From Neophaeotheca triangularis (lineage: Eukaryota), in contig BAAIJX010000052.1 of assembly GCA_054600435.1 (NCBI GenBank), forward strand, positions 1 to 64,000: DNA of 64,000 nt, read 5' to 3'. The translations under genes were made by a program, and so were the position numbers. This document shows, in pieces, positions 47,521 through 59,489 of this stretch. Under the pieces are notes generated by a model. That model saw only the letters and a program-made list of their open reading frames with translations, was not told the origin of the DNA and made no database searches. Numbering within the stretch: the stretch's first letter is position 1; every line of letters begins with the position of its first letter.

Positions 47521-47757
47521 TGGGAAGCGCATGCAGGCACAATCTTGGGACAGTTTCTTACAAGCAGGTCGATTCTGAAACAAGCGATCTGGCCGCCGTT
47601 GAAGAGCGTGGCCACCTTTCGAGATTGACAATTTCTTTGCTGAATTCATACAGCTGTCTGTATACACCGACACAAACCCAAGCCTTAGGTTTACGCCGAA
47701 AACGCCACTGTACATGTTGGCCATCCACGCCATGCATCCCACGGACCACGCAAACCC

Positions 47758-48632
47758 TTACTTCCTGTACCACATCCTCGTGATCTTGGTATGGCGCATT
47801 TTCTTCTGTAATTGGAAAATTCTGCAGCGTGATATCAGTACATTATAGCTTGTAAGTATATTGGAAGCCCAGACTTACCCAAACATGAGCGCCTCAGCCG
47901 TCGGCGGGCAGCCCGGGACGTAGATATCCACCGGCACGATACGGTCACAGCCACGGGTCACGCTGTAGCTGTAGTGGTAGTAGCCGCCTCCGTTCGCGCA
48001 ACTGCCCATAGAGATGACCCATCGGGGGTCGGGCATTTGGTCGTAGACTTGCCGCAGCGCGGGCGCCATCTTGTTGGTGAGAGTGCCAGCGACAATCATG
48101 ACGTCGGACTGGCGGGGCGAGGCGCGGAAAATGATTCCCAGGCGGTCTTGGTCGTAGCGTGGCGCGGACAAGTGCATCATCTCCAGAGCGCAGCAGGCAA
48201 GACCGAAGGTCATGGGCCAGAGGGAGCCTTGGCGGGCCCAGTTCGCGATTTGGTCGAGGGTCGTCCTGAGGGGAGATTGTCAGCCCTTCTTTTCCTCCAA
48301 TGTGTTGAATTGTGTGGCTTGATCATACAGTGCGTATTGCATGACACCCTGCTTTCCCTCTTGGCTCGGCAATGGCACCTCGGTGCCCGCTTTCTTCATC
48401 GGAGGTGGTGTGCCGGGGTTGTTCTTGATCAACGCCGGCTTTTGCATCGCTGGCTCGGCGGATTTGTTCGAAGAGGAGGAGATGAAGGCGGCGTTGGCGA
48501 CGCGAAAAGGCTGAAGAGCGGCGGTCGGCCTGGCTACGAGGGTGTTAGTATCCTGGCAGATAGCGGGTGCTGCGAAGGGGCGTATGTACCGCGCAGCGCC
48601 ATGGTCGTGGCCTGTCTGGTGGTGGCGAACAT
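47758..48632 (-). CDS. NDUFS7: Mitochondrial complex I 20-kDa (PSST) subunit, 4 exons (48632-48590, 48533-48329, 48265-47879, 47821-47758)
   Basis: [52 protein letters not shown]-terminal RMWYRK; mitochondrial presequence-like N-terminus. Confidence 0.98.
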
Positions 48633-49063
48633 GGCGATGGCGTTGATGCAGTCGCCTGTGTTATGTTTGGGTAGGAGAGGGTTGTAGAGTGGAGAGTGGG
48701 GAGAGATGAAAGGTGGACGTGAGGTGTTTCGCGGTCGTGGCGAGTCGAAGTTTGGATGATGATGTCCGCCTTTGACCCCGCTGCGATTGGCTCGCTTATC
48801 GCCACGCTAGCACGATTAGCGCATTGGCTGGGGCTCTTCAGTAACAGCCGGACGGCTTCTCCCCTTCTGCCATTGTTGCGACAGTAAGGTGCTCTCAACC
48901 CGGCAACATGAGTTGGTTGTTTGGCCAAACAGCTAGCAAGGATTCGAATCACCTTGCTAGTCTACCCACGGTACCCTAGACTTCGAGACCGGAGTGGCCC
49001 AAGAAGAATCATCATCAACGACAAAAGCAAAGTGACCGCTAAACAAACTACCCTCAGCCAAAG

Positions 49064-49746
49064 ATGGACGACACACGCTCCCCATCAATCGCGGCAATAG
49101 GAGTGATAGGACGTAACGTAAGACCCCTTTCATTGACACCATTAGGATCAACTCCAAACTAACTCCCCTTAAGAACAACCCCCTCCACATCGCCCTCTTC
49201 CCCATCTACGCCACCAACCCAGCCGGCAACACCACCCGCGACGACCTCGAGTTTCAATTCATGCTCAACTCCAGCCTCGACATCTTCGAAGCGCGCCTCG
49301 CTTCCAAGCCGGTTGGCCAAGACTTCGGCCTCTTGCATGCTCTCGACGAACGCATGGCCCTGTACGGCTGGTGCACGAACACGGGCGTCAAACTCGTCAT
49401 CGTCGTCGACATGGAAGGCCGGCCCATTGAGAGCGCTAGTGGTGCTAAGGGCACTGCTGCCGTGGGTGCCATGTTGGGCTTGAGGAATAGCGATCTCACT
49501 CCTGTAAGTCTTGTGTGCTTTCGTCATGTATGCGAGGGTTGGTTGAGCTGATGATTGTTTCAGGCTTTCCAAGCGCTGCAGCAGGCGTACATCAATCTCT
49601 TGCGTAACCCGTTCTACGTACCGGACGATCACGATCCGAGGAAGTGCCAAGACAAGGGTGCTTCGCTTGAGATCAAGAGCCCCAGGTTCGAGAAGGAAGT
49701 TAGGCGGATTGGTGAGGCCTGGTATCCTGGTATTTCGACGGTTTGA
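49064..49746 (+). CDS. TCA17: TRAPP subunit Tca17/TRAPPC2L (sedlin-like), 3 exons (49064-49117, 49174-49503, 49564-49746)
   Basis: IAAIGVIGRN|NNPLHI, LNSSLDIFE, LYGWCTNTGVKLVIV, AYINLLRNPFY, IKSPRF. Confidence 0.92.
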
Positions 49747-50359
49747 GCTTCGTACGACTAAGTCAACGAGGAATCGGCTGTCACTATCAGCACCACGCTG
49801 TCCGTCCCAGCTAAATGTACCATGCTCGCTCGAATCAGTGTGGATCTTATCTGAGAACTGGACTTGAACAAACAGCAAAATCGTGACAAGTCGACAAGAA
49901 AACAAGTACAGAGTGGTTGAATTGGTACAATAATGTTACACGTTCTGCCTATCGTAGCAGTTCGGGTATCGAGCGACTCTTCCCATAGAAAGTAACGAAT
50001 GCATTCGCAAGTATCCGCAACTCTTCTGCTGTACGCAGAGACTTCATGACGCAGTCGTGGTCATCGCCAGAAACTCCTCGCTGGTAAAACAATGAAAGCA
50101 CGCTATTCTTTTTTCTTCACTAGGCTTCTCTCGGGAGATTTCCAGTAAACCCTCGAGCGATATCCCGTGATACCGCACAGCCCGTGATGATTCTGCAACC
50201 CATAACACCTCATCTCATCATGTAAGATGGCCTCACATGTCTGGAAGACAATGCCTTTCTAACTTGTGGAGACATTCTTCGCGGCAAAAACCGCAGTCAC
50301 GAATCTCTCATGCTCAGGATCCTTCCCAAGAGCTATTCCGATGCTTGCAGACCCTTCTC

Positions 50360-52631
50360 CTAGTCCATGATCCTCATGGCAGGCTGTGTTCCATCCTCCC
50401 TCCTAGGGGTTGAAGCGTCACTGAACAGTGCATCCAGTCCTTCTGTGCCCTGACGCACCAAGCGCTGGCCAGCATCGGCCAAACGCTCGAGTTCAGCAGT
50501 TCTGGAGCGAGCCATGTGTCTCATGTCAACACGCATGCGACGTTCGGCCTCGGGTGTTTGCGCTGACGGCGGTCCGATGGCCCTCATCCTGCGAAGAATA
50601 TCGCGTCTAGAGAGATCGGCGGCAACGCCCTCCGTCGCATTCGAAACGGTAGCGTTTGGCGGACCGTAGGTGGCCCAGATATCCTCGGGAACTGGCTCGC
50701 CAGCTTCGACGAGGGCCAGCATGCGGCGTAGATCTAGCGAGTGTCTGGTGATTCCGTCTCCGGTAGCAGGTCGCAACGCAGAGATGACAGCCATCCAGCG
50801 TTCATGATCGCGACGAGCGGCTTCGTAGGTGGCCCGGTCCGAGGCAGCCGGAGCTATGATTTGGCGGGCATTCGGAGCCGAAGACTGGAGGGTGGCCGAC
50901 CGTGGCTCCATCTGGAGGGGGGAGGGTACGGTAAGAAGTCCGGGTTGTCCAGCTGGCCTGTTGTCGCGCGCTTCCGCGACCGCGACCCCATAGTCGTTTC
51001 CGTCGGAGACTGGATGAGAGTTCAGAGGTCCGCCGGGCCCACCGTGATTGCCTGGTACCCGGAAAACGGGGGTAGGATGCTGGAGCTGGGCACCTTGTGG
51101 ACGACGTACGAAAGGTAAACGAGCGGTCGCTGCGGGTCGGTTCCTTCTTGCTTCCATCCTGCTGCGTAGAGTAGCGACAGTTCCAGTGCGACGTAACAGA
51201 GCCGTTTGCACATCCGCAACCCGACCAGTGCCCTCGACAGAACCGAGTGCATGGTCGAGAAGCCTGAATCCTATCTCAACGGTGTCCGACTCGTCATCCC
51301 AAGCGTATCTGTTCGTGCCCTCTGCCTCGCGTTCTGCCTGATGCGTAGAGATCCTAGCGCGTCCAGCCGCGGAACGAGACTCCATCGCATACATTTCTTC
51401 GGCCAAAGCCTCTGTGACTAACATCATGTCGTTAGTACTTTCGTCTTCCTCGTCGCACACCAAGGCCGGCATTGGGCCATCAAAGGACGAAACGGAACCT
51501 GTTCGGGTGAAGTTCTGGGTGTCTGGACCGTTGCCAGCGAACGACGAGGCCGGCGTGGTCTCCGCAGTGGCACTGTCGGTGGGAGAGCGTGTGGTCACAA
51601 CAGTGCTCGTGAAGCTACTGCCCGCGCTTGGGAGTGTTTCGTCTGGCGTGATGGTTGTTTGAATAACTTCCCAGGCGTCAGTCATGTCATCACTTCCTGG
51701 GCTAGCACTTCTAGAGCTCGAAAGTGTGGAAGTCGGCCGCCAGGAGCGACTCAGGGGGTGATTCGAACGGTTACTGCGCGACGAAGGGTCGTTCCCACCG
51801 TCTGTTGGAGGAATCACACGGGCTGAAAGAACGTGTGAGTCTAGAGCGGAGGATGAAGGGGTCGCCTCTCGCGGAGGTGTGGGTGGATTCGAGCGATGGG
51901 TACCTCCGAATCGGTTCAAAATTCCAATTGCGCCCAAGCCTTCCTCCAGCTCAGCACGACCCATGAAAGGCGGCATTTCAGGAGCAACGACCACGCCACT
52001 CTCGTGCGCTGAACCTTCCCCTGACGATGAATGCATGTTAGTTTCAGACCATAAACGTCGCTCCTCTGCACTCCATCTGTTGTAATGTCGTGGTAGTAGT
52101 CGTGATGCATAGCGCATGTTCTGGCCATGGCGGGCTTGCACACGCTCCCGCCCCGCTACTGTCGCTTCTTGCATCTCTTGCATCTGCCTTCGTTCGAAAG
52201 CCTCACGTGTACCAGCCGAGGAATTCATTGCTTCGGGGGCGGGAGGCGGCGGGCGCGAAGCGGCACTGTCTGATATAGAGGTTCGGTGTGCAGTCTCCAG
52301 AAGAGTGGCGACCGATGGTAAGCTTCGGCCACCGTCATCGCGCCTTGCACTATGCCTTTGCCTGCCGACGAGTGGTGGTGATAATATGCGAGCACGACGG
52401 CGGATGGATGAGCGTGTCGCGGCGGTAGGATCCGTATGAAGCGCGTCTCGAGCTGTACCTTTCTTCTTGTTCGCCTCGGCCTTCTCATCTGGGTTGCGCC
52501 ATATGCTAGGGGCGATATAGTGAGTTTTGACGTTTTGCTTTCTCACTTGTGCAAGAATTCGCGGGTACGCGCAAGGCCGCGCGACACGTGAGGCGCATTG
52601 CAATTGTCGATGAAACTTACGGGAGGCCCAT
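50360..52631 (-). CDS. Conserved-type hypothetical disordered protein, 2 exons (52631-52621, 52505-50360)
   Basis: 11-nt first exon ATGGGCCTCCC|GTAAGT gives MGLPIWRNP; motifs DPTAATRSSIRR and WEVIQTTITPDETLPSAGSSF. Function unknown. Confidence 0.8.
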
Positions 52632-53188
52632 GTTGGCGGTCGAGACGTCCTTGATATTGCGCGGCGAGCTGCGCGACCACGATGATGATAGATTTGGAAT
52701 TATTGAAGGTTGGTCAGCTCGAAATACCTGGGTAGTGTTGGTGGAAGACTGAAGTGTTTGGCGCACCTGCAGTCGCGACCGCGTCGGCGTCTGATAAGTG
52801 AGGACGGGACGTAACTCTTCCGGTGTTCTAGCGGCTTGGCATTGATTTCCGAGCCGTGCCGAGCCCGGCTACCTAATCCAGCATCACTTCACATTTACCT
52901 TGATCGTGCTCACTGCTCGGTCTCCTGAGCTCTACTGGTGGACACAAATTACGACATATCCGACAAGACGAAGAGCGACCCCGGAAAAAGCTCTCCTAGA
53001 GGCATTGTATGCCTTCACGAATGTGATTGGGCCGGAAAATATCAGAGAATCGAGACTCAGGCCAGGGGCTACTCGCAGCACGTACTTGTCCTACCATCTT
53101 CTGGGACATCAGCCGGGCAAGAATGAACGCCTAATTTGCTCACTACCCGTGAGAAAGCCAACAGCGAAGCAGCATCATACTACTCTCC

Positions 53189-54760
53189 ATGGCGATTCAG
53201 CCAGGTTTACAGCGTATTAGCAATCTCTTGGCTCTCGGCTCCTCACCACACCGTTGGAAAGCCATTCACGTCGCAGGCACGAACGGAAAAGGTTCCACTT
53301 CTGTCTATATCTCTGGCATGCTTGAGGCGTACAATGCCTCCCAATACCGCAAGGCTACAGGCGCGGAACTGCTCTCGTGCGGCCGCTTCACAAGCCCACA
53401 TTTGGTCAAGCCGCGCGATTCCATCCAGGTCTCGTCGCGGCGGCGGGCTCGTAAACGCTTCAAAGGTGGTCCTTTCGGTGCTTTGAGACATGAATTACGT
53501 ACTGCCAATGCGAAGCACGACATTGGAGCTAGCGAGTTTGAGTTGCTGACCGCGCTCGCCTTCAGAATGTTCTGGGCTGCAAACATAGACATTGGAGTTG
53601 TCGAGGCCGGCTTGGGGGGACGGCTAGACGCAACCAATGTCCTAGGGCGGATGCCTTGGCAATCTCCGAGATCAGATGGCTCAAATTTCCACGGCCTGGG
53701 TGACACACGTTTAGTATCAGTCTTTACAAAGATTGGGCTCGATCACCAAGACTTTTTGGGCTCCACGTTATCAGAAGTCGCTGGAGAGAAGGCCGGCATC
53801 ATCGGCCAAGGCGTTCCAGTCGTTAGCGATATGTCTCAGGACCACGAAGCTCAAGCTGCCATCTCGAATAAGGCGCGAGAAATGTCATCGAAAGAGGTGC
53901 AGCTGAGTGATATTCTCCCTCTGACTGAAATTGCTGATTTGGGATTGCTCAAACGCACGTTGCCTACTTCCGAATTACACAATTGTATAGTACAACATCT
54001 ATATCAAGAATCTACGTCAGCCGAGGTTGAGGAGAACTTAACCACAATGCTGGCTAGCGACCGTGCGGACGACGTGCCTGAGCATGTGAAGCAGAATACA
54101 AGCGTCGCCTTCCGTGCGACTTGGACTGCACTGCATCGATATGGTCGGTTGCCAATGCTAGGATTTGACCCAAAATCTCAAGAAGGACCGGCAGATTACG
54201 CTTCTGCGCAGAAAGATCTGACAGGCCTTGTGCGGGACATGCTCTCCGTTCCCGAAAAAACCGTCTTCCCTGGCCGCCAGCAGCGCCTAGCGATACGCAC
54301 AACGAAGGACACGGACCAAGAAGCCCTTCTTGACGGCGCCCATAACGCCCAGTCAGCTGAAGTTCTCGGTATCGCTGTCAACAAGCTGCGAGCCACAGAC
54401 ATGACTACCAATCCCGATAAGAACGGTGCCGTAACATATGTGCTTGCAGCTTCGGATAGCAAGGACGTTACTTCGATACTCAAGCCATTGGTCAAGCCGG
54501 GCGACAGCGTTTTCGCTGTGCGTTTCGGTGCAGTTGAGGGCATGCCTTGGGTCAAGGCTAAGGATCCCAAGGCTATTCTCGAAGCTGCGAGCACTATCGT
54601 CGATGGTGCCAACACCTTGCACTTGCAAGATTGTGAGGACGACATTGTAGGCGCGATGGCACAGGCGTGCGAGAGGGCAGACGGGGGTACGTTGGTCGTT
54701 GCTGGGAGTTTGTATCTTGTAGGCCAGGTTCTGTCGTTGTGCCAGGGATATGGCGACTGA
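53189..54760 (+). CDS. FOL3: Dihydrofolate synthase / folylpolyglutamate synthase family, 523 aa
   Basis: IQPGLQRI, IHVAGTNGKGS, FTSPHL, SEFELLT, VEAGLGGRLDATNV, IGLDH..LG, FPGR, LLDGAHN, MPWV, GSLYLVG. Confidence 0.92.
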   Translation: MAIQPGLQRISNLLALGSSPHRWKAIHVAGTNGKGSTSVYISGMLEAYNASQYRKATGAELLSCGRFTSPHLVKPRDSIQVSSRRRARKRFKGGPFGALRHELRTANAKHDIGASEFELLTALAFRMFWAANIDIGVVEAGLGGRLDATNVLGRMPWQSPRSDGSNFHGLGDTRLVSVFTKIGLDHQDFLGSTLSEVAGEKAGIIGQGVPVVSDMSQDHEAQAAISNKAREMSSKEVQLSDILPLTEIADLGLLKRTLPTSELHNCIVQHLYQESTSAEVEENLTTMLASDRADDVPEHVKQNTSVAFRATWTALHRYGRLPMLGFDPKSQEGPADYASAQKDLTGLVRDMLSVPEKTVFPGRQQRLAIRTTKDTDQEALLDGAHNAQSAEVLGIAVNKLRATDMTTNPDKNGAVTYVLAASDSKDVTSILKPLVKPGDSVFAVRFGAVEGMPWVKAKDPKAILEAASTIVDGANTLHLQDCEDDIVGAMAQACERADGGTLVVAGSLYLVGQVLSLCQGYGD

Positions 54761-55347
54761 GCCCCACGGCGCATGGGCTTTGATACGGATCGGATACTGC
54801 TGGAAGGAGACCGTCGTCGAAGAACAGCCGAGGAACAGCGTTTAGTAGTGGTGGAATAGGACGAATACTTAGCTTTTATCTGAAATACGAAGTGGCTCCA
54901 AGGGGTCTACTCTTGCTCGCCAATACCGAAACCGCGATCTCATGCCGAAACCACAGCGCAGGAGTGATTTCGAGCGGCCCATGCCACATGCCTTTGGAAG
55001 TTTTGTCACGTCTCCAACACAGCCAATTGATCAAAGACTGTGCATACTCCGTATTGTGGGCGCTGAGCGAGGCTAGTATTCAACGATCATGCACAGATGT
55101 TGTCCAGAGACTGAGGTGCGCAGCATTGGGCCTAAGTGGGTATAGCAATGTCTGCTCCGGGGCGCCTGAGCAGCTGCTACAGCGCTTACTAACCCTCAGC
55201 CCTACCCGTGCTGTCGGGAGGGGCGAGCACTTAACTCCGACAAGAGCCTCCTTGCGACTTCGTCACAACAATACCTAGGTACCTATGCCTCACTGATACC
55301 GAGTTGAATCGATTTGCACTTCTTCCGCAAATCGCGACGTCTCAAGC

Positions 55348-55896
55348 ATGGCCCACCCATCAACCTCAACCCGCCACCCAAATACCCAAACCGCTGCTTC
55401 ATCCGCCTCCCACGGCAGCCAAACAATAACCCAAACACCAACCAATCCATTCTCCGATCTTCCGTCAGGCACGCTACGACTGCGCGGACACCAGGAAGAT
55501 GCCCCTCCATCAACCTCTTCAGGCAGACGTATACAATGGGCTGAAGACGTCGTGGACAACGAAGGCATGGGAAAGAAGAGCTCCAAAGTCTGCTGTATCT
55601 ACCACAAACCGCGCGAACCTGGCGACAGTGAGAGCGAAAGCGATACGAGTGGGAGCTCTAGTGGGGATGACAGTGATAGCGAGCCGGATCTGAGTCGGGC
55701 GCAAAGAGCGGGCGGTAGGAGAGGGGGCCGTGGAAACGGGCACGGGCATGATCATGAACGGGATGGGGAAGGGGAGAACCATCCATCTGGTGATGCCGCT
55801 GGGAAGGGCAAAGGCAACGGCAAGGAGAAGGCGAGGCAGGCCAGTCCGAATGCGTATGAGCGGCAACCGAGGAACAGGAGCAAGAAGAAGGGATGA
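55348..55896 (+). CDS. YPI1: PP1 regulatory inhibitor-3 (Ypi1), 182 aa
   Basis: RIQW (RVxF-type) [33 protein letters not shown]. Confidence 0.96.
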   Translation: MAHPSTSTRHPNTQTAASSASHGSQTITQTPTNPFSDLPSGTLRLRGHQEDAPPSTSSGRRIQWAEDVVDNEGMGKKSSKVCCIYHKPREPGDSESESDTSGSSSGDDSDSEPDLSRAQRAGGRRGGRGNGHGHDHERDGEGENHPSGDAAGKGKGNGKEKARQASPNAYERQPRNRSKKKG

Positions 55897-56365
55897 AAGG
55901 AGAAGAACACGACGCATGCTATTTGATTTTTCCGAGACGGCCTGGGCTGTCTATCACCACCGGTTGTTCGTGTGGGCCAGGGAATGATCTCGTCCTGCCT
56001 TTCATACTCGATCGGCGAATCGTCGTTGAGGCCTCCTGAGTCGATACTTGGCTCGGTTTCGCTGGCGAGCTTAAGATGGTCTCGGAGGGTCTCCTGCAGC
56101 CAAACCCGTGCCATCTCTGGTTCGGACACTGGGTGTACGTGATTGTGGTCGAGCCACCACGCCTTTGCGATGGGCTTTCCGATGTGCGTTGCGAGTCGCT
56201 CAAGGCCTGAGCAATCCAACTGCAAGATACTGCTGAGCAGGGCAATCGAGGCCGATTCGACCAGTCCTCTCGAAGGACGTCGTTTCGTGTCCCAGAGCAA
56301 TACCACGCAATCGTGTGCGTAGAATAATGGGAAGTTCAGTCTTCCAGTAGCTAGAACTCCCCAAC

Positions 56366-56812
56366 TCAATCTCCCGCTCCTTCCTTAGCCTCAGCCTCTC
56401 TCCTCACATCCTCAGCCTGTTGAACCGGAATTCTAACCAACGTCTGCGGCAACTGCCTCTCCTCTTCCACGCCCTCTCCCTCCCCATCTCCCTCTGATTT
56501 CGGCACCGGAATTTTCTGACTAGCCATACTGATCGCCCTCAAGACATTGTGCCAATTGCTCAGCACCGCCGCGACGGCCTCTGTACCGTTCGACAGCGTG
56601 CCCAGCTTCTCCTCCAATTGCTGCATCTGCCCCGCTAAGCCGGCGGAGAGGTCGCGCAGTTGACGCAAGTTTTCTAGCTCGGCGCGTTTCTCTTGGATGC
56701 GGTCGTTGAGTTGGGATGACTGGGACTGGGAGTGGGCGTGCGATGCCCGGGAGTTGGCTAGGCCGGATGAGGGCCGGACTTGGGAGTGCGAGGGCAAGGG
56801 CCGGTAAGACAT
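56366..56812 (-). CDS. DAD2: DASH complex subunit Dad2, 148 aa
   Basis: RIQEKRAELENLRQLRDLS...GTEAVAAVLSNWHNVLRAISMAS...LPQTLVRIP. Confidence 0.96.
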   Translation of the reverse strand: MSYRPLPSHSQVRPSSGLANSRASHAHSQSQSSQLNDRIQEKRAELENLRQLRDLSAGLAGQMQQLEEKLGTLSNGTEAVAAVLSNWHNVLRAISMASQKIPVPKSEGDGEGEGVEEERQLPQTLVRIPVQQAEDVRREAEAKEGAGD

Positions 56813-57228
56813 TGTTTAGATCCGATCGTGGTTGAGTCTCGGGTTCTGGAGTTTGGCATGTAGATATAGTTGAATCGCAATGCTACGTTTCGAAGTGCAA
56901 CGAAGGAAATCGCTGGAGGGGCATTCGAGCAGTCAAGGTTGGTAACGCGCGATACAAGCGAGCGAGCGGACGCGACCAGTGTCAGTGTATCTGTACGACC
57001 GTCCGAGCTTTCTGTCGTTGCTCCGCAGCCGTGGCCGTAAACATTCAAAGTAAACTGAGGTCCCTCCAAAGCCCGGATTCGGAAACACCACGAAAACACT
57101 AAACAATCATTATACTCACACAACTACCTGACGACATCATACTCAACGGGCGCATCCAACCCATCGCATCTACACTGGACATCCATACTCTGGGACTCGA
57201 CCAAACCGGACTGCAGCAAGTTAGATGC

Positions 57229-59489
57229 ATGGCCCGCCTCAATGAGCCCCCGACGGCACCTGCTGCGCTGAACTCCTCAACCACAACAACTGCAGCAGCA
57301 AACAGCATTGAAAGCGCCGAAGCCTGTAAGTTACCTTCTCATAACGCTGCAATCTCAAACATTATCAATCGCTTGCGCGCGATTCGAAAATGCGCACGAA
57401 AAGCCGCCCACTGCCATCGCGAGCACCCGCTGACTTCGACGAAGTGAAACGCCGATTTGTGCGCCAGAACAGGGAACTCGCGCGCAACAACTCGAACCAG
57501 GGCTTGCGGATCCGGAGTCTGGAACTCGAGGTCTCGAGACTTCTGGATGAGAACTTGGCGCTGAGGAGCGAGATCTCGAAACTGGGAAGCGAGGTGTTCG
57601 CAGCGAAGAATTCGGCCACTGTTGCTGCTGTAAAGAAGATCAAGGGGGAGTTGGCGGCGAAGCTCGCGGAGATTAGTGGATTGGTGGAGGGCATTGACGA
57701 GGAGAGTCACGAGGTCGATGAGCGACGAATCGGGAGCTTTGAGCCTAGGGAATGGAGGCAGAGGCAGCCTTTGAGCGAGTTGATGGCGGACAGTCAGATG
57801 CCGACTATTGAGGAGGACAAGTCTTTCCCGCGACAGACGCTGGATACGGATCAGATCAAGGCTACAAGGCTATCGGAACACAGCAGCAACGAGAGCCCCG
57901 ATCTGGGACCGCCGCCGGTCGCGCACTTCGACGTGGAAGGCGACCCTATCAAGTTCGACGCTAGACGGCAGCCTTCTGATGTTGGGGAGGAGGAGCTTCC
58001 GGCTAGTCTTTCCGTCAATCTTGAGACGAGGAAGAAGCGGAAAGATGGACAGCCTAAGCCCGAAATCAGACGATCTTCTATCCTTCCGCAGTCACCGAAC
58101 AAGAACGCGAACAACGAGCCGGCTCCCACTTTACGCACGGGAGCAAAGAGGAAACTGGCCGATCGCGAGCCTGAAAAGGCTACCAAGCCACAGAGTCAGG
58201 GTGACTTCACTTTCAGCAGAAAAGGAGCCACAGAAGAGAACAAGCCTATCTCTGAAAAGGCAGTCACGCAAGAGGAGGGCAAGCCGATAGTCGCAACTCC
58301 TGCGTCTCCTGTTTCTAAACCTAGTCGGAAGGTCCTTGGGGATAAGAGCGTCAATCAGTCACCGCGAAAAGCACCAGCAGCAGCGACTGGCAAATCCAGC
58401 AAAGACGATTTGAAGAAGCCTGCAACTCAGAACAAAGATTCCGCAAAAGCTGCTCGACCACATGGCCGCAAACCACGCGTCTCCTCGATCCCAGCGCCTT
58501 CCCCAAGTCCACCCGCCAATCGGATCCTCCCAACCGTAGAGTTCCCTCCCCCTACAGAAGAGGCAACAGCATCTGAACACCACCCACCCAAAACCCCAGC
58601 GGCAGAACAAGTCTTCTCACCAACCCCATCCGAACCGTCGACACGACCCACACAGCACGAGCAACGAGGCGACACACCCCCACCCGGCGACCTGAGCACC
58701 TTCAGCAACAGCACCACAGCGACAAACGAAGGCGCCAGACCCTCCCGCCGAGCCAGGAGCGCCGTCAACTACGCCGAGCCCAGTCTCAACACGAAAATGC
58801 GAAGGCCGGACAAGAAAATGGTCGATGCGCTTAGTGGGCTGCACGACAAGAACCGCAAATCGTCCGTCACCCTTGTCACAGAGAAGAAAGTCGACTCTTG
58901 CGGCGAAGACGGTTTCAAGACATCCGAAGCCGTTGTCGTGAAAGAGGAGCCTGTGGACGAAGAAGACGATGCGGCATGGAAAGAGTTGCCGCCATCCGAC
59001 AACGCGACTGCCCCAACAAGTCCATGTGGACAGAAAGCCGCCGAGATTGATGCAAACAACCCAACACCCAGCGAAGAAGACTCGAGCAAAGTCGTGCGCA
59101 AGCGTCGTCAATCTAGCCAGTTGCCCCTTTCCACCGTCACTTCAACTCCCGACACCGACCTCGCAGAGAAGATGCGCGAACTAGAAGTCTACGATTTCAA
59201 GGACACGTCTTCTTCTTCGTCGCCAGCAGGTACTGAGGATTCGCAAGCGGTGAGACCTGTTGTCAAAGCGCGGACAACTGCGGCGCAGAGGAGGCATTCT
59301 TCCGTGCCTTCTCGACCGTGCAAGGAGATTGGAGGTGTAAAGGGGAGTGATTTTGATACCCAAACTGCGAAGGCGGCCGACAAAGAGGCTGTTTCTTCTT
59401 CTTCTTCTTCTACTACTACTACTACCGCAAATGCTGCTGGCGGCAGGTCGGAGCGAGCGGCGAGTCGGCGGCGGAGTATGATGTTGTAG
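57229..59489 (+). CDS. SGO1: Shugoshin, 2 exons (57229-57325, 57445-59489)
   Basis: MARLNE...L|KRRFVRQNRELARNNS..IRSLE coiled coil; SGO motif RPSRRARSAVNYAEPSLNTKMRRP; C-terminal RRRSMML. Confidence 0.95.
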
